A stretch of 64,000 bases of DNA from a virus (Duplodnaviria; Caudoviricetes): IMG/VR virus record IMGVR_UViG_3300049988_000286, positions 288,001 to 352,000 of that record; one strand, 5' to 3'. Positions 18,051-27,608 of the stretch are shown one piece after another; the stretch's first letter is position 1, and each line of letters starts with the position of its first letter. The notes beneath the pieces are model-generated. The model was not told the origin of the DNA. It made no database searches and saw only the letters and a list, made by a program, of their open reading frames with translations. Both the position numbers and the translations under genes were made by a program.

Positions 18051-18611
18051 TCAAGCGTATAGTTCCATGATGGCGCGCTCACCATCTGGATTCAGTTCAC
18101 GGCTGCCGATCCCAGCGTAGACCCCCGTGGGGCGCGGCGGAGCAATGATGGGACACCAAGCCCCCTTCCACTGATACCATTGCTGTGAGTTCTGATCAAA
18201 GACGTAGCAGCGACCATCGGGATGCATGTCTGTGAACATCTGCGTCGCCCACGCTGTGCCGCCTTTGACGAGACCGTTCTTGTCCAAGGCGGAGATCGCG
18301 TAACAGGAATCGCTCCACGCCACCTGATAATAGTTGCGGCGCAGAAGGCTGGCGACAAAGTTGTTCGCGACAGGCCAGCGGCGTTTGAGCGTTAGATTCG
18401 CGTGTTCGAGATAGGGGTCGGCAACAAGGAGTTGATCCGGCGCGAGCACGACGATCTGTGATGCCGAAGCCTTGGAACGATGACCCCGGAACGTCCAGTG
18501 GACGACCGAGTGCCCATAGGCGGCGGCGGAAGTGCCCCAAGCCAGATCAGCGCCATCAGCGCCTCCGCTCAAGCAGACATCTTCGGTATCGAGGGCTGGA
18601 ATGACTTGCAT
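18051..18611 (-). CDS. SLOG/DprA-like Rossmann-fold protein
   Basis: LSGGADGADLAW, GGTAWA and YAGIGSR motifs. Confidence 0.6.
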   Translation of the reverse strand: MQVIPALDTEDVCLSGGADGADLAWGTSAAAYGHSVVHWTFRGHRSKASASQIVVLAPDQLLVADPYLEHANLTLKRRWPVANNFVASLLRRNYYQVAWSDSCYAISALDKNGLVKGGTAWATQMFTDMHPDGRCYVFDQNSQQWYQWKGAWCPIIAPPRPTGVYAGIGSRELNPDGERAIMELYA

Positions 18612-18659
18612 CCGAGGATATAATCAGGTAGGCGGTGGGGCGTCAATATTGGAATCACG

Positions 18660-19115
18660 ATGTATTACGTTCGTCGCATCCGTCAGTTGCCACTCTCCAA
18701 GGTGCTCGCGGATGGCTTCCGTATCGAGGCGAGTTGGAAGCGTGGCCGACGATTGTCTATCATGTTCCACGACGAAACGGTATGGTCGGTGCGCCTTGAC
18801 CAAGATCGCGATGGTTTCATACCTGTTTATCTCCACCATGTCTTTCGCCTATGCTGCGATTACCTCAACACGCCGCGAGCCGAATTGCTCGAATTTCGAT
18901 CGCCAAAACAGTGGAACGGCGCGTGCTCGGTGCTGGCAACCATCTTACCGCTGATCGATCGCCGAGTGGGCAAGTTTCAACTCTCCTCCTTGCTTTTCGC
19001 CACCGATGATCCGATCGTGCGGCGCATTGTAGCCCTACGGTTTAGGAAGTCGTTATGCTCCCCAATTTCATCACCCTCACCGGCATCGATAACCGAACCG
19101 ACTTGCGCCGCGTAG
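18660..19115 (+). CDS. hypothetical protein
   Basis: 151-aa ORF heading a plus-strand run; overlaps the next gene by about 60 nt. Confidence 0.45.
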   Translation: MYYVRRIRQLPLSKVLADGFRIEASWKRGRRLSIMFHDETVWSVRLDQDRDGFIPVYLHHVFRLCCDYLNTPRAELLEFRSPKQWNGACSVLATILPLIDRRVGKFQLSSLLFATDDPIVRRIVALRFRKSLCSPISSPSPASITEPTCAA

Positions 19116-19696
19116 CCGATCTCTCGGCTGCCTTCCATGTCGAATTCGGCATCCTGTTCTCGCGAAATCGGCAAGGGCTGGACAATCGCTACCCCGATGA
19201 GACAACGATCGCGGAAGCATTGTCGGTCGCGGGTGTCGATTACGCGGCCCATTTGTGCGGTAAACATGCCCATGAAGTCATGGACGGAGTGTTCGATCGC
19301 GATAGCCTCCCTCTCGATCCTTTCCGCCGCATTCAGGTCAACCACGTTGCGCCCGATTGTCAGCGCCTTCGCGACTTTGCTCGTGATCAGGTAGTCATCG
19401 CGCAATGGCGAGACGAGAACGCCTTTCCGACGACGGATGAAGGAGTATCTTGGCTCTATGATCCCAGTGGCGGTCGCGGCGTAGCGCCAACACGGTGGCC
19501 GATCAATCAGTCGCCCCGTATAGTCGGCTACGCGGGCGGGATCACGCCGGAGAATTGCCGGTCTGTTCTTGATCAGGTTGGAGAGTTGTCCCAGCAGGGC
19601 TTCTGGCTAGATATGGAGAGCGGAGTCCGCACTGATGATTGGCTCGATCTCGACAAATGCACATCAGTGCTCGAACAAGTCGGTAGGCGTCGGTGA
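19055..19696 (+). CDS. phosphoribosylanthranilate isomerase (TrpF)-like TIM-barrel protein
   Basis: ITLTGID, EFGILFS, LYDPSGGRG, GYAGGITPEN, WLDMESGVR motifs. Confidence 0.7.
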   Translation: MLPNFITLTGIDNRTDLRRVADLSAAFHVEFGILFSRNRQGLDNRYPDETTIAEALSVAGVDYAAHLCGKHAHEVMDGVFDRDSLPLDPFRRIQVNHVAPDCQRLRDFARDQVVIAQWRDENAFPTTDEGVSWLYDPSGGRGVAPTRWPINQSPRIVGYAGGITPENCRSVLDQVGELSQQGFWLDMESGVRTDDWLDLDKCTSVLEQVGRRR

Positions 19697-19986
19697 GGCT
19701 GACGGAGACCGGCCACGGGGGGCGGGTGGTATTTCATTTCCGGGAGGCAGATGTCGTAGATTGCGAAGACATCATCTCATGGTGCCAGCGCTCCTTGGAC
19801 GAAGAAGCACACTGGACAGTCTGGACGCCCATCGTGAAAGTATCGGGCCACCGATGGAGCCGCACTGGACAGCGGATGTTTGATCTTCTTAATGCCAGCG
19901 GTGATTTTCTCTTGTTTGTCCCCGGTGAGGAAGCCCCGCTAGTCAGGCTAGAGTGGGGCCATCTTGAGCGGATGGCTTTTCAATGA
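19693..19986 (+). CDS. small hypothetical protein
   Basis: GTGA overlap; C-terminal EEAPLVRLEW. Confidence 0.55.
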   Translation: MRLTETGHGGRVVFHFREADVVDCEDIISWCQRSLDEEAHWTVWTPIVKVSGHRWSRTGQRMFDLLNASGDFLLFVPGEEAPLVRLEWGHLERMAFQ

Positions 19987-20596
19987 GGCGATCAATCTGC
20001 CTGTAGAGGGCAGGAAGGTCTGTGCTATTGTCGAGGACATGATCGGGCTCCTCCGCCATCCAGAGCCACTCGCTCTCATGGACGCGGAAGACGGTTCGCA
20101 TCCGCTCGGCCGCGATGGCGTCGCCGGATAGAGCGGAGACGGCGATCGGCTGCCATGCGGGATCGTCACCGCGACGGACGCGAAGAATGGTGCCACCGAG
20201 TTTGCGGGTCATCTTCAACTCGTTGGGGAAGCGCCCATCGGTGAGCACCACTGGCCCCTCTGCGTTGCTGAACTTGCGCTCGGTGTTGAGAATCCAGATA
20301 TCGTCGTGAAACCACTTGCGCATCACATCGGTGCCGAAGTTCGTCATCGCGAACCGTGGTGTAAAGTGCGGGATACCAAGGCGAGACGCCCACCAAGCAT
20401 CGACTTCCTCGCGCCAAAGTCGCGATTCAGGAGTACGCCCTTCCAGCATGGCACGATCCCAGTCGAATATTACAGCTAGACAATCCTTTAGACTGTCCGC
20501 GAACGAGAAGGTCCGGTAGCCGTAATGATCATGTAGGTATTGCCCAACGGTGTCTTTACCCGCACCCGCGAGGCCGCATAGTGTAATCAACTTCAT
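19943..20596 (-). CDS. deoxynucleoside monophosphate kinase (T4 gp1-like)
   Basis: LITLCGLAGAGKDT, FSFADSLKD, PRFAMTNFGTDVMR, VLTDGRFPNE, HESE motifs. Confidence 0.85.
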   Translation of the reverse strand: MKLITLCGLAGAGKDTVGQYLHDHYGYRTFSFADSLKDCLAVIFDWDRAMLEGRTPESRLWREEVDAWWASRLGIPHFTPRFAMTNFGTDVMRKWFHDDIWILNTERKFSNAEGPVVLTDGRFPNELKMTRKLGGTILRVRRGDDPAWQPIAVSALSGDAIAAERMRTVFRVHESEWLWMAEEPDHVLDNSTDLPALYRQIDRLIEKPSAQDGPTLA

Positions 20597-20659
20597 TGCA
20601 TGACTTTACCGCGCCGGGTTTCCCGTTGACAATAAAACTCGATAGTGTAGACAAGGGTT

Positions 20660-21301
20660 ATGAGCACAACCACCCTCCTCTTCCGCTGGGGCGCACTACC
20701 CGAGCAGCGCTTCGCCTTCGAGAGTCTCGATGCCGCCCTCGACGCTTTGTGGGCGATGGCCAGTCTTGGCGGTGCAGCCGTCGATAGCAGCGATGGATGG
20801 CGCGAGGATCGGCGTCGCCGCCTCGAAGCCGGTGAAGTCATTCCGTTCAACGGCTTCACGGCAGAGATCGACACCGCTCTCGGAGTGACCGAAGAACAGG
20901 AAGCCGTCGATGGGCTGATCTGCTACCAGTTGGTGCGCAGCGATGTGCCCTCCTATGTCGTCGGTAAGGCGCTCGCTCAAGCCAACCACTGTGGCACCGC
21001 GATGGTTATCCGGGCACTCAAACGCGATGATCGCACCAACCTCGACCTCCTGCTCGAATGGGCGGAGGAGGCGGATGGTTTCGGAACCTGCATCACGCTG
21101 GAGGTCACGCTTCCGGTCGCGCGCCAGATCGTCTCGCTCGCCAACCTCTCGGGGCTCTACTCGGAGATGATCAACGATCCCACCTATCCGATTCGCGATG
21201 GGGACACGATCAAGACGCTACCGGTGGACACCTGCGCCTTCGTCTTCGGACGCCAATCGCGGGCGAAGGCTGTAGTGCGTGGCCTGAACCTCTTCCCATG
21301 A
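20660..21301 (+). CDS. peptidyl-tRNA hydrolase 2 (Pth2)-like protein with N-terminal extension
   Basis: LVRSDV.SYVVGKALAQANH, then DT..FVFG and GLNLF, resembling the Pth2 fold. Confidence 0.55.
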   Translation: MSTTTLLFRWGALPEQRFAFESLDAALDALWAMASLGGAAVDSSDGWREDRRRRLEAGEVIPFNGFTAEIDTALGVTEEQEAVDGLICYQLVRSDVPSYVVGKALAQANHCGTAMVIRALKRDDRTNLDLLLEWAEEADGFGTCITLEVTLPVARQIVSLANLSGLYSEMINDPTYPIRDGDTIKTLPVDTCAFVFGRQSRAKAVVRGLNLFP

Positions 21302-21696
21302 ACAGGGAAGACTTCGACCGACTACTGGAGTGCAAACCCTATGTTGCACCCTTCCACCTCGCGGTACCACTGTTCTCGTCCAATTACGACGACAGAACGC
21401 TGCTCTACGGCTACGATGTCGATCGGGCGACGTGGCACCTCTACGTCGAGGACGGCGAAGTCTTGCTTCATCGTTACCGGATGGAAGCGTCGATACTGCG
21501 GATCAATTTTCGCCACGCCGTGTTCCCCGAGGGTGAGATCGAGCGCCTCGTCGTTCCGAACAAACGCCTCTACCCCGAGCGGTGCGACTTCGAGTTCTGC
21601 CAATGGGCTCGACAGATGAAGCACTGGCATCTACCGTTCACCAAATGGGACGAGACCTTCGCCCATAATGGGTGCACTTACTTCGGGGAAACATGA
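21298..21696 (+). CDS. hypothetical protein
   Basis: ATGA-coupled ORF. Confidence 0.65.
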   Translation: MNREDFDRLLECKPYVAPFHLAVPLFSSNYDDRTLLYGYDVDRATWHLYVEDGEVLLHRYRMEASILRINFRHAVFPEGEIERLVVPNKRLYPERCDFEFCQWARQMKHWHLPFTKWDETFAHNGCTYFGET

Positions 21697-21953
21697 TGGT
21701 GGAACACTGGCAGACGCGCGATTATGGCGGCGCGGAGGGTAAGGCCGTGTCGTTGTCCAAGAAGGGACTGGGAGAGTTCTTCTTTCACCTCTTCTCCATG
21801 CAGGGACGGTTGGTGTCGAGTTTCTGCCTCAACGCAGCATACCACGGTTCTTACGTGCAACTCCTGATCGAGCTTCCCGAAGGCATGAAGGAGAAGTTCG
21901 AGCAGGAGAGTGGCTTCGCCCTTGAGAAACCGGCAAGGATTCAAGTAGCATGA
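21693..21953 (+). CDS. hypothetical protein
   Basis: ATGA-coupled ORF. Confidence 0.6.
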   Translation: MMVEHWQTRDYGGAEGKAVSLSKKGLGEFFFHLFSMQGRLVSSFCLNAAYHGSYVQLLIELPEGMKEKFEQESGFALEKPARIQVA

Positions 21954-22162
21954 TGATGACCGGTAGCGAAATCCTCTCTGCTGTGCGAGCCGGGCAATAC
22001 CTCCTTGAGGAACCCGACCTCAATCAATTGGTGCAAATCTTTGAGGCGGCGCGCTCCGAGGCACAGCCGGGTGATGAATTCACCGCCGATCCCGCGAAGT
22101 GGCCGGTGGTTCGTGGGATCACGGCAGTCAGGGACGTGATGAAGGCAATTCGGGGCGACTAA
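21950..22162 (+). CDS. hypothetical protein
   Basis: ATGA-coupled ORF; its stop lies in a TAAATA late promoter. Confidence 0.6.
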   Translation: MMMTGSEILSAVRAGQYLLEEPDLNQLVQIFEAARSEAQPGDEFTADPAKWPVVRGITAVRDVMKAIRGD

Positions 22163-22195
22163 ATAGCTGATGCTATTTTATGTCGCGGAGAAGTC

Positions 22196-23803
22196 ATGCG
22201 CCTGAACGAATTCAAGATCACCCCCATGTCGTTCAAGGGCGTCCTCACAGGGCTGCAACAGCGCTTCGGCTTGAAGCGGGTTGGCGGCAATCAGCGCATC
22301 TACCGCGTCGGGGATGAACTCGGTGTTGTCTACCTTGTGCGCGGTGGGCCGAAGGCGGTGGGGTTCACGTGGCAGCACGGTGACGCGACCCTCCGCCGCG
22401 TCTATCTCTGGAACAACTTCAACGCCTCGCACTCGCCCGATCTGGTTGTCGATATCCCCCCTACGCTCGATCTGGAAAATGGTTTGCGCGAACTCGCCAC
22501 CTTCATCGATGGTCCTCGAACCGGCGTCTTCGAGGCCGCTGCTCCCATCACGACGATCGCAGCCTTGGTGGCACTCGTGAAGGCAGAGGGGCGCGATCCC
22601 AAGGCGATCAGCGCCGAGGAACTCAACCGCATCGTGGGTTCAACCGGCCATATTCTGTCCGCGCATCTGGCGGATCATCTCCCCGCCACCGGGACGATTG
22701 ATCTGACTGCCGAGGTGGAGCGTCCGATGGCGGTCACCATCATGGCGCGCGCTGCCAATGGGGTGATGTTCGAGGTTCCCGGTAGTGCCGAGATTGCGTC
22801 GCGGGTAGCCAAACAGATGGCTGCGGCGGCGGGCGGTTCCGGCGAAACTATGGAGCAGCAGTATGAGAAACTGCGCGCCAAGGTTCGCCTCGTCGCATCG
22901 GGCAAGTCCTCCTACATCAAATCACTTCTCATCACTGGCGCACCATCGGCGGGCAAGACCTACTCGGTCATGCAGGTTATCAAGGAGTTGGGCCTTCAGG
23001 AAGGGTCCGACTACATCGTGATCAAAGGCTCGATCACCGATGTGGCGTGTTACCAGACCCTCATCGAGCAGATCGATGGGCTGACGATCTTCGACGATTG
23101 CGACTCTGTTGTGAGCACAGTCAACGGCAAGAACATGATGAAGAACGCGCTCGACACCTACGCGATTCGTGACATCAATCGTCCGACCAATAACAGCATC
23201 AACACCAAGGTGATGCCCGAGGAAGAGCGCACGATCTTCGTTGACGCGATGTCGCGAGTGTTGCGCGGTGTTGCATCCGCTGATGATCTCCTCCACTTCG
23301 AACGCTTTGCGGTCAAGAAGAAGAAGGACGAGAAGGCTCCGAAGAAATCACCCTACATCAACGATGATGGCGATTTCTTCATTCCTGATCTTACGGGAGA
23401 GCTAGAGGTTCTCGACGACGATAATGCATCGTTACAAGATCGTATGCACGAGCTACAGCAGTACTTCAGCAAGCATCTTCCGAACAAAATTGATTACCGT
23501 GGACGAATCATCTTCATCTCCAATATGATGGAGTCGGATTGGGACTCCGCGATCTTGACCCGCGCCTTCCGCCAGAACATGAACTTTGCCGATGGTGAGA
23601 TGTTGGACTTCCTCGACAAGATCAAGGATACCATCGCGGCACCCGGTCTCTCGTCGAGCGACAAGGCAGAAGTGATGGCACACATCCGCACCATGTATGA
23701 GGCGGGTCAGCTTCACTCGCCGATCAACTTCCGCCTTGTTCAGCAGTGCTATGATCTTCGCCTGACCGGCGACGGATGGCAGCAGATGATGATCGGGCTT
23801 TGA
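22196..23803 (+). CDS. AAA+ ATPase domain protein with N-terminal extension
   Basis: Walker A GAPSAGKT, Walker B TIFDDCD, RIIFISN; GGAG RBS. Confidence 0.75.
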   Translation: MRLNEFKITPMSFKGVLTGLQQRFGLKRVGGNQRIYRVGDELGVVYLVRGGPKAVGFTWQHGDATLRRVYLWNNFNASHSPDLVVDIPPTLDLENGLRELATFIDGPRTGVFEAAAPITTIAALVALVKAEGRDPKAISAEELNRIVGSTGHILSAHLADHLPATGTIDLTAEVERPMAVTIMARAANGVMFEVPGSAEIASRVAKQMAAAAGGSGETMEQQYEKLRAKVRLVASGKSSYIKSLLITGAPSAGKTYSVMQVIKELGLQEGSDYIVIKGSITDVACYQTLIEQIDGLTIFDDCDSVVSTVNGKNMMKNALDTYAIRDINRPTNNSINTKVMPEEERTIFVDAMSRVLRGVASADDLLHFERFAVKKKKDEKAPKKSPYINDDGDFFIPDLTGELEVLDDDNASLQDRMHELQQYFSKHLPNKIDYRGRIIFISNMMESDWDSAILTRAFRQNMNFADGEMLDFLDKIKDTIAAPGLSSSDKAEVMAHIRTMYEAGQLHSPINFRLVQQCYDLRLTGDGWQQMMIGL

Positions 23804-23842
23804 TGCTTGCGCTGCGAGATACGGCATGGTATCTTCGCGGAA

Positions 23843-24346
23843 ATGAAAATATCAGTTGATACAGAAGCGAGCGGGCCTTGCCCCACTCTGGGTGATCTAA
23901 TCAGTTTCGGCGCGGTGGTGATCGAGCCGGGTTTGGAGCGGACCTTCCGCTCCCCCGACATGCGACCAACCTGCGACGCCTTTCAAGAAGGCGCGTATCG
24001 CTCGATCGGCCTGACCCGTGAAGAGCATCTCGCCTATACGGCTACTGTTGAGGATGGCTTTCGCCTCTTCGATGAATGGCTGTCGGGGCTGCGGGGCAAC
24101 CGTTACACGCTCGTGACCGACAATCCCGCTTTCGATTGGCAGTGGATTAACTGGGGGTTCCACACCTATCTGGGCCGCAACCCCTTTGGTCATAGTGCTC
24201 GTCGCATCGGAGACATGGCGGCTGGCTTGTCGGGGAAGGTCAACGACCATTCGAGTTGGAAGCGGCTTCGTCGCACACGCCACACGCATGATCCACTCGA
24301 TGATGCGAAGGGCAACGCAGAGGCGTTTCTCGCGCTGTGGAATTAA
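23843..24346 (+). CDS. DEDDh 3'-5' exonuclease
   Basis: ISVDTEASG, NPAFD, HDPLDDA motifs. Confidence 0.8.
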   Translation: MKISVDTEASGPCPTLGDLISFGAVVIEPGLERTFRSPDMRPTCDAFQEGAYRSIGLTREEHLAYTATVEDGFRLFDEWLSGLRGNRYTLVTDNPAFDWQWINWGFHTYLGRNPFGHSARRIGDMAAGLSGKVNDHSSWKRLRRTRHTHDPLDDAKGNAEAFLALWN

Positions 24347-24685
24347 TCCCCCATAGCCGCGACCCCCATGACATCGCGCCGTGGCGCAGTCGTGATGAGA
24401 TCGACTTCTCCGAATCGATCCTCTGGTTCCCGAACAGCAGAACGCTGATCTGTGGTAGGAGGCGTGATGACCAGCGCGGCGACATCCCTGTTGCCGCCCC
24501 CTTTTTTGCTGTCATGCACGCCAGTCGCGTTTGGACGTGCTCTTCCACGCACTGGTTCGATGATATCTATAGCAGCAAGAACTGGCCTCGTGAGTTCCGG
24601 ATGCATAAAAATCGGCATGGACCAGTTGACCCAAATCCTTTCTTTCTCTCACATGCTCGGTTCCTCATCTCTGTGATGTGAATGA

Positions 24686-25228
24686 TCACGCTTTCAACAT
24701 CTTGTTAGGTCTTGCCACGATGTTCCCATTGCCGTCTGCAACGCTGGTAAGGAACACGTCACCCATTACGGTAATTTCGTGTTCGTGAGGGTGAGAGAAA
24801 TGCTGCTGGAACGTTGTGGGCCAGTGAATCACGGTTGGTCGAACCTGTGCGGTGAGAAGTAGCCTTGTTTCTAATGCGGCTTCGCTGTGATACTCGCAAC
24901 TAGCACTACTACGATCATAGCTCCAGTGAACACCCAATGGCCTATGATCAAGCACCCCTAACCAATCATGCACATCTGCGACCGAAATCTCTCGGAACAA
25001 AGTAATGGTGCCATCACGTATGATCGAGGTGAAGCGGGACACACAGAAATCGAAGTAAGCCTCCTCCGCATTGTCTTCATCAAAATCAGCCACTTCGTCG
25101 TAGATGCCATCATGATCAACATCAACACCGGGGTTTTGTAGAAAGTCGTCTTTGGCGTTAATCATTTCTTGCAAACTGCCGCTATTCATCCAGTCCACAG
25201 CTTCGAATAGGGCGATCCATTTGCGCAT
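24686..25228 (-). CDS. late protein with capsid-targeting-like leader and ART-like motifs
   Basis: MRKWIALFEA leader; TLFR / VHWS / HEHEI; TAAATA at 25233-25238. Confidence 0.65.
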   Translation of the reverse strand: MRKWIALFEAVDWMNSGSLQEMINAKDDFLQNPGVDVDHDGIYDEVADFDEDNAEEAYFDFCVSRFTSIIRDGTITLFREISVADVHDWLGVLDHRPLGVHWSYDRSSASCEYHSEAALETRLLLTAQVRPTVIHWPTTFQQHFSHPHEHEITVMGDVFLTSVADGNGNIVARPNKMLKA

Positions 25229-25283
25229 TGGATATTTATCGTGAATATTGCGAGGCCGGGAGCAGCCCCTCTACGCTGCTCCA

Positions 25284-25664
25284 ATGACTCGTATCAATGT
25301 TGTCCCCGCAGAAGAATTGTCACAGCTTCACTTGATTGCAGAATACCGCGAGCTTCCTCGCATCTTCAACCTAGTGCGTGCCGCTGTTGCGAGGGGTGAG
25401 CGTCCCGATGATCGCCGCAATCCCGTGCTCTATTGTCTTGGGAGCGGTCACTGCCGGTTCTTCTATCCCCGTTTGGGATGGCTGCGAGAACGCCAGCGCG
25501 CTCTCGTCGCGGAGATGTTGGCGCGCGGTTACCAACCCAACTTCACCGACATCGAAGGGCTCACTGCCGGTATCCCGGATGAGTGGTGTCAGGATTGGCA
25601 ACCCGACGACCTCGCGCTAGCGCTCAACCGGGGCCGGATCGAGGAACGCACCCCTAAACAATAA
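25284..25664 (+). CDS. denV: pyrimidine dimer DNA glycosylase / endonuclease V
   Basis: MTRINVVP..EL...HLIAEYRELPRIF, LGSGHCRFFY, EMLARGY closely follow T4 DenV. Confidence 0.9.
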   Translation: MTRINVVPAEELSQLHLIAEYRELPRIFNLVRAAVARGERPDDRRNPVLYCLGSGHCRFFYPRLGWLRERQRALVAEMLARGYQPNFTDIEGLTAGIPDEWCQDWQPDDLALALNRGRIEERTPKQ

Positions 25665-25702
25665 TCTTGCCCTGCCCCGAACTTTGGGGTAAATAAACGA
25701 TC

Positions 25703-26275
25703 ATGGCTGACGTTCTATGCCTCAATGCCGACATGGCACCCATCAACCTATTGAAACTTTCTGTCATGGATTGGCAGGAAGCCATCAAGGCTGTCTTTCT
25801 CGATACCGTCACCGTCGTGGAGGAATATCCGGACTGGCAGGTTCACTCGCCTAGCGTCACGATGAACGTCCCCTCGGTCATCATGGCCAAGCGCCACGTG
25901 CATTTCACGCGCCTCGTTTCCTTCTCGGAGGACAATGTGAAGCTGCGTGACCGCTACACCTGCCAATATTGTCACCGCGTGTTCCCGGCCTCGAAGCTGA
26001 CGATGGACCATGTGCTGCCTCGCAAGCATGGTGGCCGGACTGCGTGGGACAACATCGCATCCGCGTGCGGGCCGTGTAACTTCCGCAAGGGACACAATCG
26101 CAAGATCGTGCCCCGGCTGTTGCCGCGTCGTCCCAGCTATTGGGAAATGGTGTCGATCGTCAAAGAGTATCCGCTCACCATTCCGTGTGAGACTTGGGTC
26201 GAATATTTGAACTGGCCCGAGGACAAGTTGTTCGTTGGTGGTCAAAAGATATTGCGGACCAGTCTAGCTGCTTGA
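25703..26275 (+). CDS. HNH endonuclease (McrA-like)
   Basis: RDRYTCQYC, TMDHVLPR..GG.T.WDNI..AC..CNFRKG; TAAATA at 25690. Confidence 0.9.
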   Translation: MADVLCLNADMAPINLLKLSVMDWQEAIKAVFLDTVTVVEEYPDWQVHSPSVTMNVPSVIMAKRHVHFTRLVSFSEDNVKLRDRYTCQYCHRVFPASKLTMDHVLPRKHGGRTAWDNIASACGPCNFRKGHNRKIVPRLLPRRPSYWEMVSIVKEYPLTIPCETWVEYLNWPEDKLFVGGQKILRTSLAA

Positions 26276-26277
26276 TA

Positions 26278-26361
26278 TTATCTCCTGATAGAGCCAACAA
26301 CCCTATCAGGAGATAAATGACTACTTGGCCATTACCTTCTGATCACAACCAGAAGGTCTAA
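26278..26361 (+). promoter_or_regulatory. tandem RBS-sequestering hairpins with a 14-codon uORF
   Basis: 14-bp perfect inverted repeat (26278-26291/26303-26316) and 8-bp inverted repeat (26334-26341/26350-26357), each covering an SD-like sequence. Confidence 0.6.
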
Positions 26362-26364
26362 TAC

Positions 26365-26979
26365 ATGCAGATCACCAAGCATATCGGTATCGAGCCCTCG
26401 ACGAACTCGCGTATCGCCCTCATCATCCCGGTGCTGGAAGGCACTGACCATTGCCTGATCGTTTATGTCGATCGGCTTCCGCGTGACCTCAAGGACGGCT
26501 TTGATCACGTCCTCAACTCATCGGAGGGTCAGGCCGCGCAGAAGCTCGCCGATGTCCTCTCGCGCCGCCTCTACAGCGACACGAAGTCCGACTACCTCGC
26601 CACGCTCCATAACTACAAATTCCTCGTCAAGGCTCCGATTGATTCGATCGAGATGACGCCGATGCCTTCAATCAAGCTACCGCTGCGCACCGTGCTCGTC
26701 GAGAGCGGGCTGATCCCGCGCCCGATCGCAGAGGCGGTGGACAAGTTCAACCCGCACCTCCACAACTCGACCGCAGCCACCCATGGCGAGACGCTCGGTA
26801 CTGCTCGTAACATGCTGATCGAGGCCAAGATGCTCGAAGACGCTGCACGGACGAAGCGCGACGAAGCCTATCGTCTCGCGCCGTCGCTGCGCCCGGAGGA
26901 GCCCACCACGGCCCCGCAGATCATCGCCGACGAGGCAAATGCCGATAAGGCAAGTGCCGATCAGGCCGCAACGGGTTGA
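26365..26979 (+). CDS. conserved large-phage hypothetical protein
   Basis: HCLIVYVDRLP, SSEGQAA..LADVL.RR, IEMTPMP motifs. Confidence 0.75.
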   Translation: MQITKHIGIEPSTNSRIALIIPVLEGTDHCLIVYVDRLPRDLKDGFDHVLNSSEGQAAQKLADVLSRRLYSDTKSDYLATLHNYKFLVKAPIDSIEMTPMPSIKLPLRTVLVESGLIPRPIAEAVDKFNPHLHNSTAATHGETLGTARNMLIEAKMLEDAARTKRDEAYRLAPSLRPEEPTTAPQIIADEANADKASADQAATG

Positions 26980-27233
26980 TGCAACCCGTTGACCTGATCC
27001 TTGCGGAGCGCGAACGGCAGTTCAACCTGCCGGGGACGGAGCACGATGCGAGAAAGTCACCCAATGACTGGATCACCACCATCGTGTCCATCCTCGGTGA
27101 AGGGGTTGAGCGCAGCGGTATCCCTCCGACGAAGCAGGACTTCGAACGATCCATCACGAAAGCAGCAGCGGTATGCCTTGCAGCACTTGAGCATACCGCG
27201 CTGATGAGTGAGCAGAAGAAACTAACCCTCTAG
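26976..27233 (+). CDS. hypothetical protein (MazG-like helical)
   Basis: ILAERERQ...DW...LGE pattern; overlap coupling. Confidence 0.6.
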   Translation: MMQPVDLILAERERQFNLPGTEHDARKSPNDWITTIVSILGEGVERSGIPPTKQDFERSITKAAAVCLAALEHTALMSEQKKLTL

Positions 27234-27237
27234 GGGT

Positions 27238-27271
27238 GATGGGGTGTGCTTCGGTGCTCCCCATCTTTTTT
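27238..27271 (+). terminator. Rho-independent terminator
   Basis: GATGGGG...TTCG...CCCCATC followed by T6. Confidence 0.8.
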
Positions 27272-27294
27272 ATCATATGCGTAATAGAAACATC

Positions 27295-27570
27295 ATGCAG
27301 ACGATCGACATGTTCCGTGATTTGATTCAAGAACTCGATGCCACGGAGATACCGGTGAAGTATATCGCGGCTGCGTGTCACACCGACGAAGACGGGAACG
27401 AGAATGTGGTCACTGGCGACGACCTCGACAACCTCATGGATAGGAGCCATCCCTATGAACGAGTCATGGATGTTCAACTCCTCCTCGATCTCCGGGTAAT
27501 CGCCATCGATGTCGGACTAGAAGTCAGAGAACTATTCGATCGAGTTTTGGACCGGTTGGCTGTGGAGTAA
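27295..27570 (+). CDS. hypothetical protein
   Basis: Acidic 91-aa ORF. Confidence 0.6.
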   Translation: MQTIDMFRDLIQELDATEIPVKYIAAACHTDEDGNENVVTGDDLDNLMDRSHPYERVMDVQLLLDLRVIAIDVGLEVRELFDRVLDRLAVE

Positions 27571-27608
27571 TATTGCCCGCTAGGGTGTCACTCCTGTACC
27601 ATCACGAA

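Noticed and set aside
17533-18062. ORFs 17533-17817 (minus) and 17775-18062 (plus)
   Set aside because: They overlap better-supported genes (17506-17757 with a late promoter; 17814-17981 with an RBS).
24337-24681. Competing short ORFs on both strands between the exonuclease and the ART-like gene
   Set aside because: No RBS, motif or coupling favours any frame; left unannotated.
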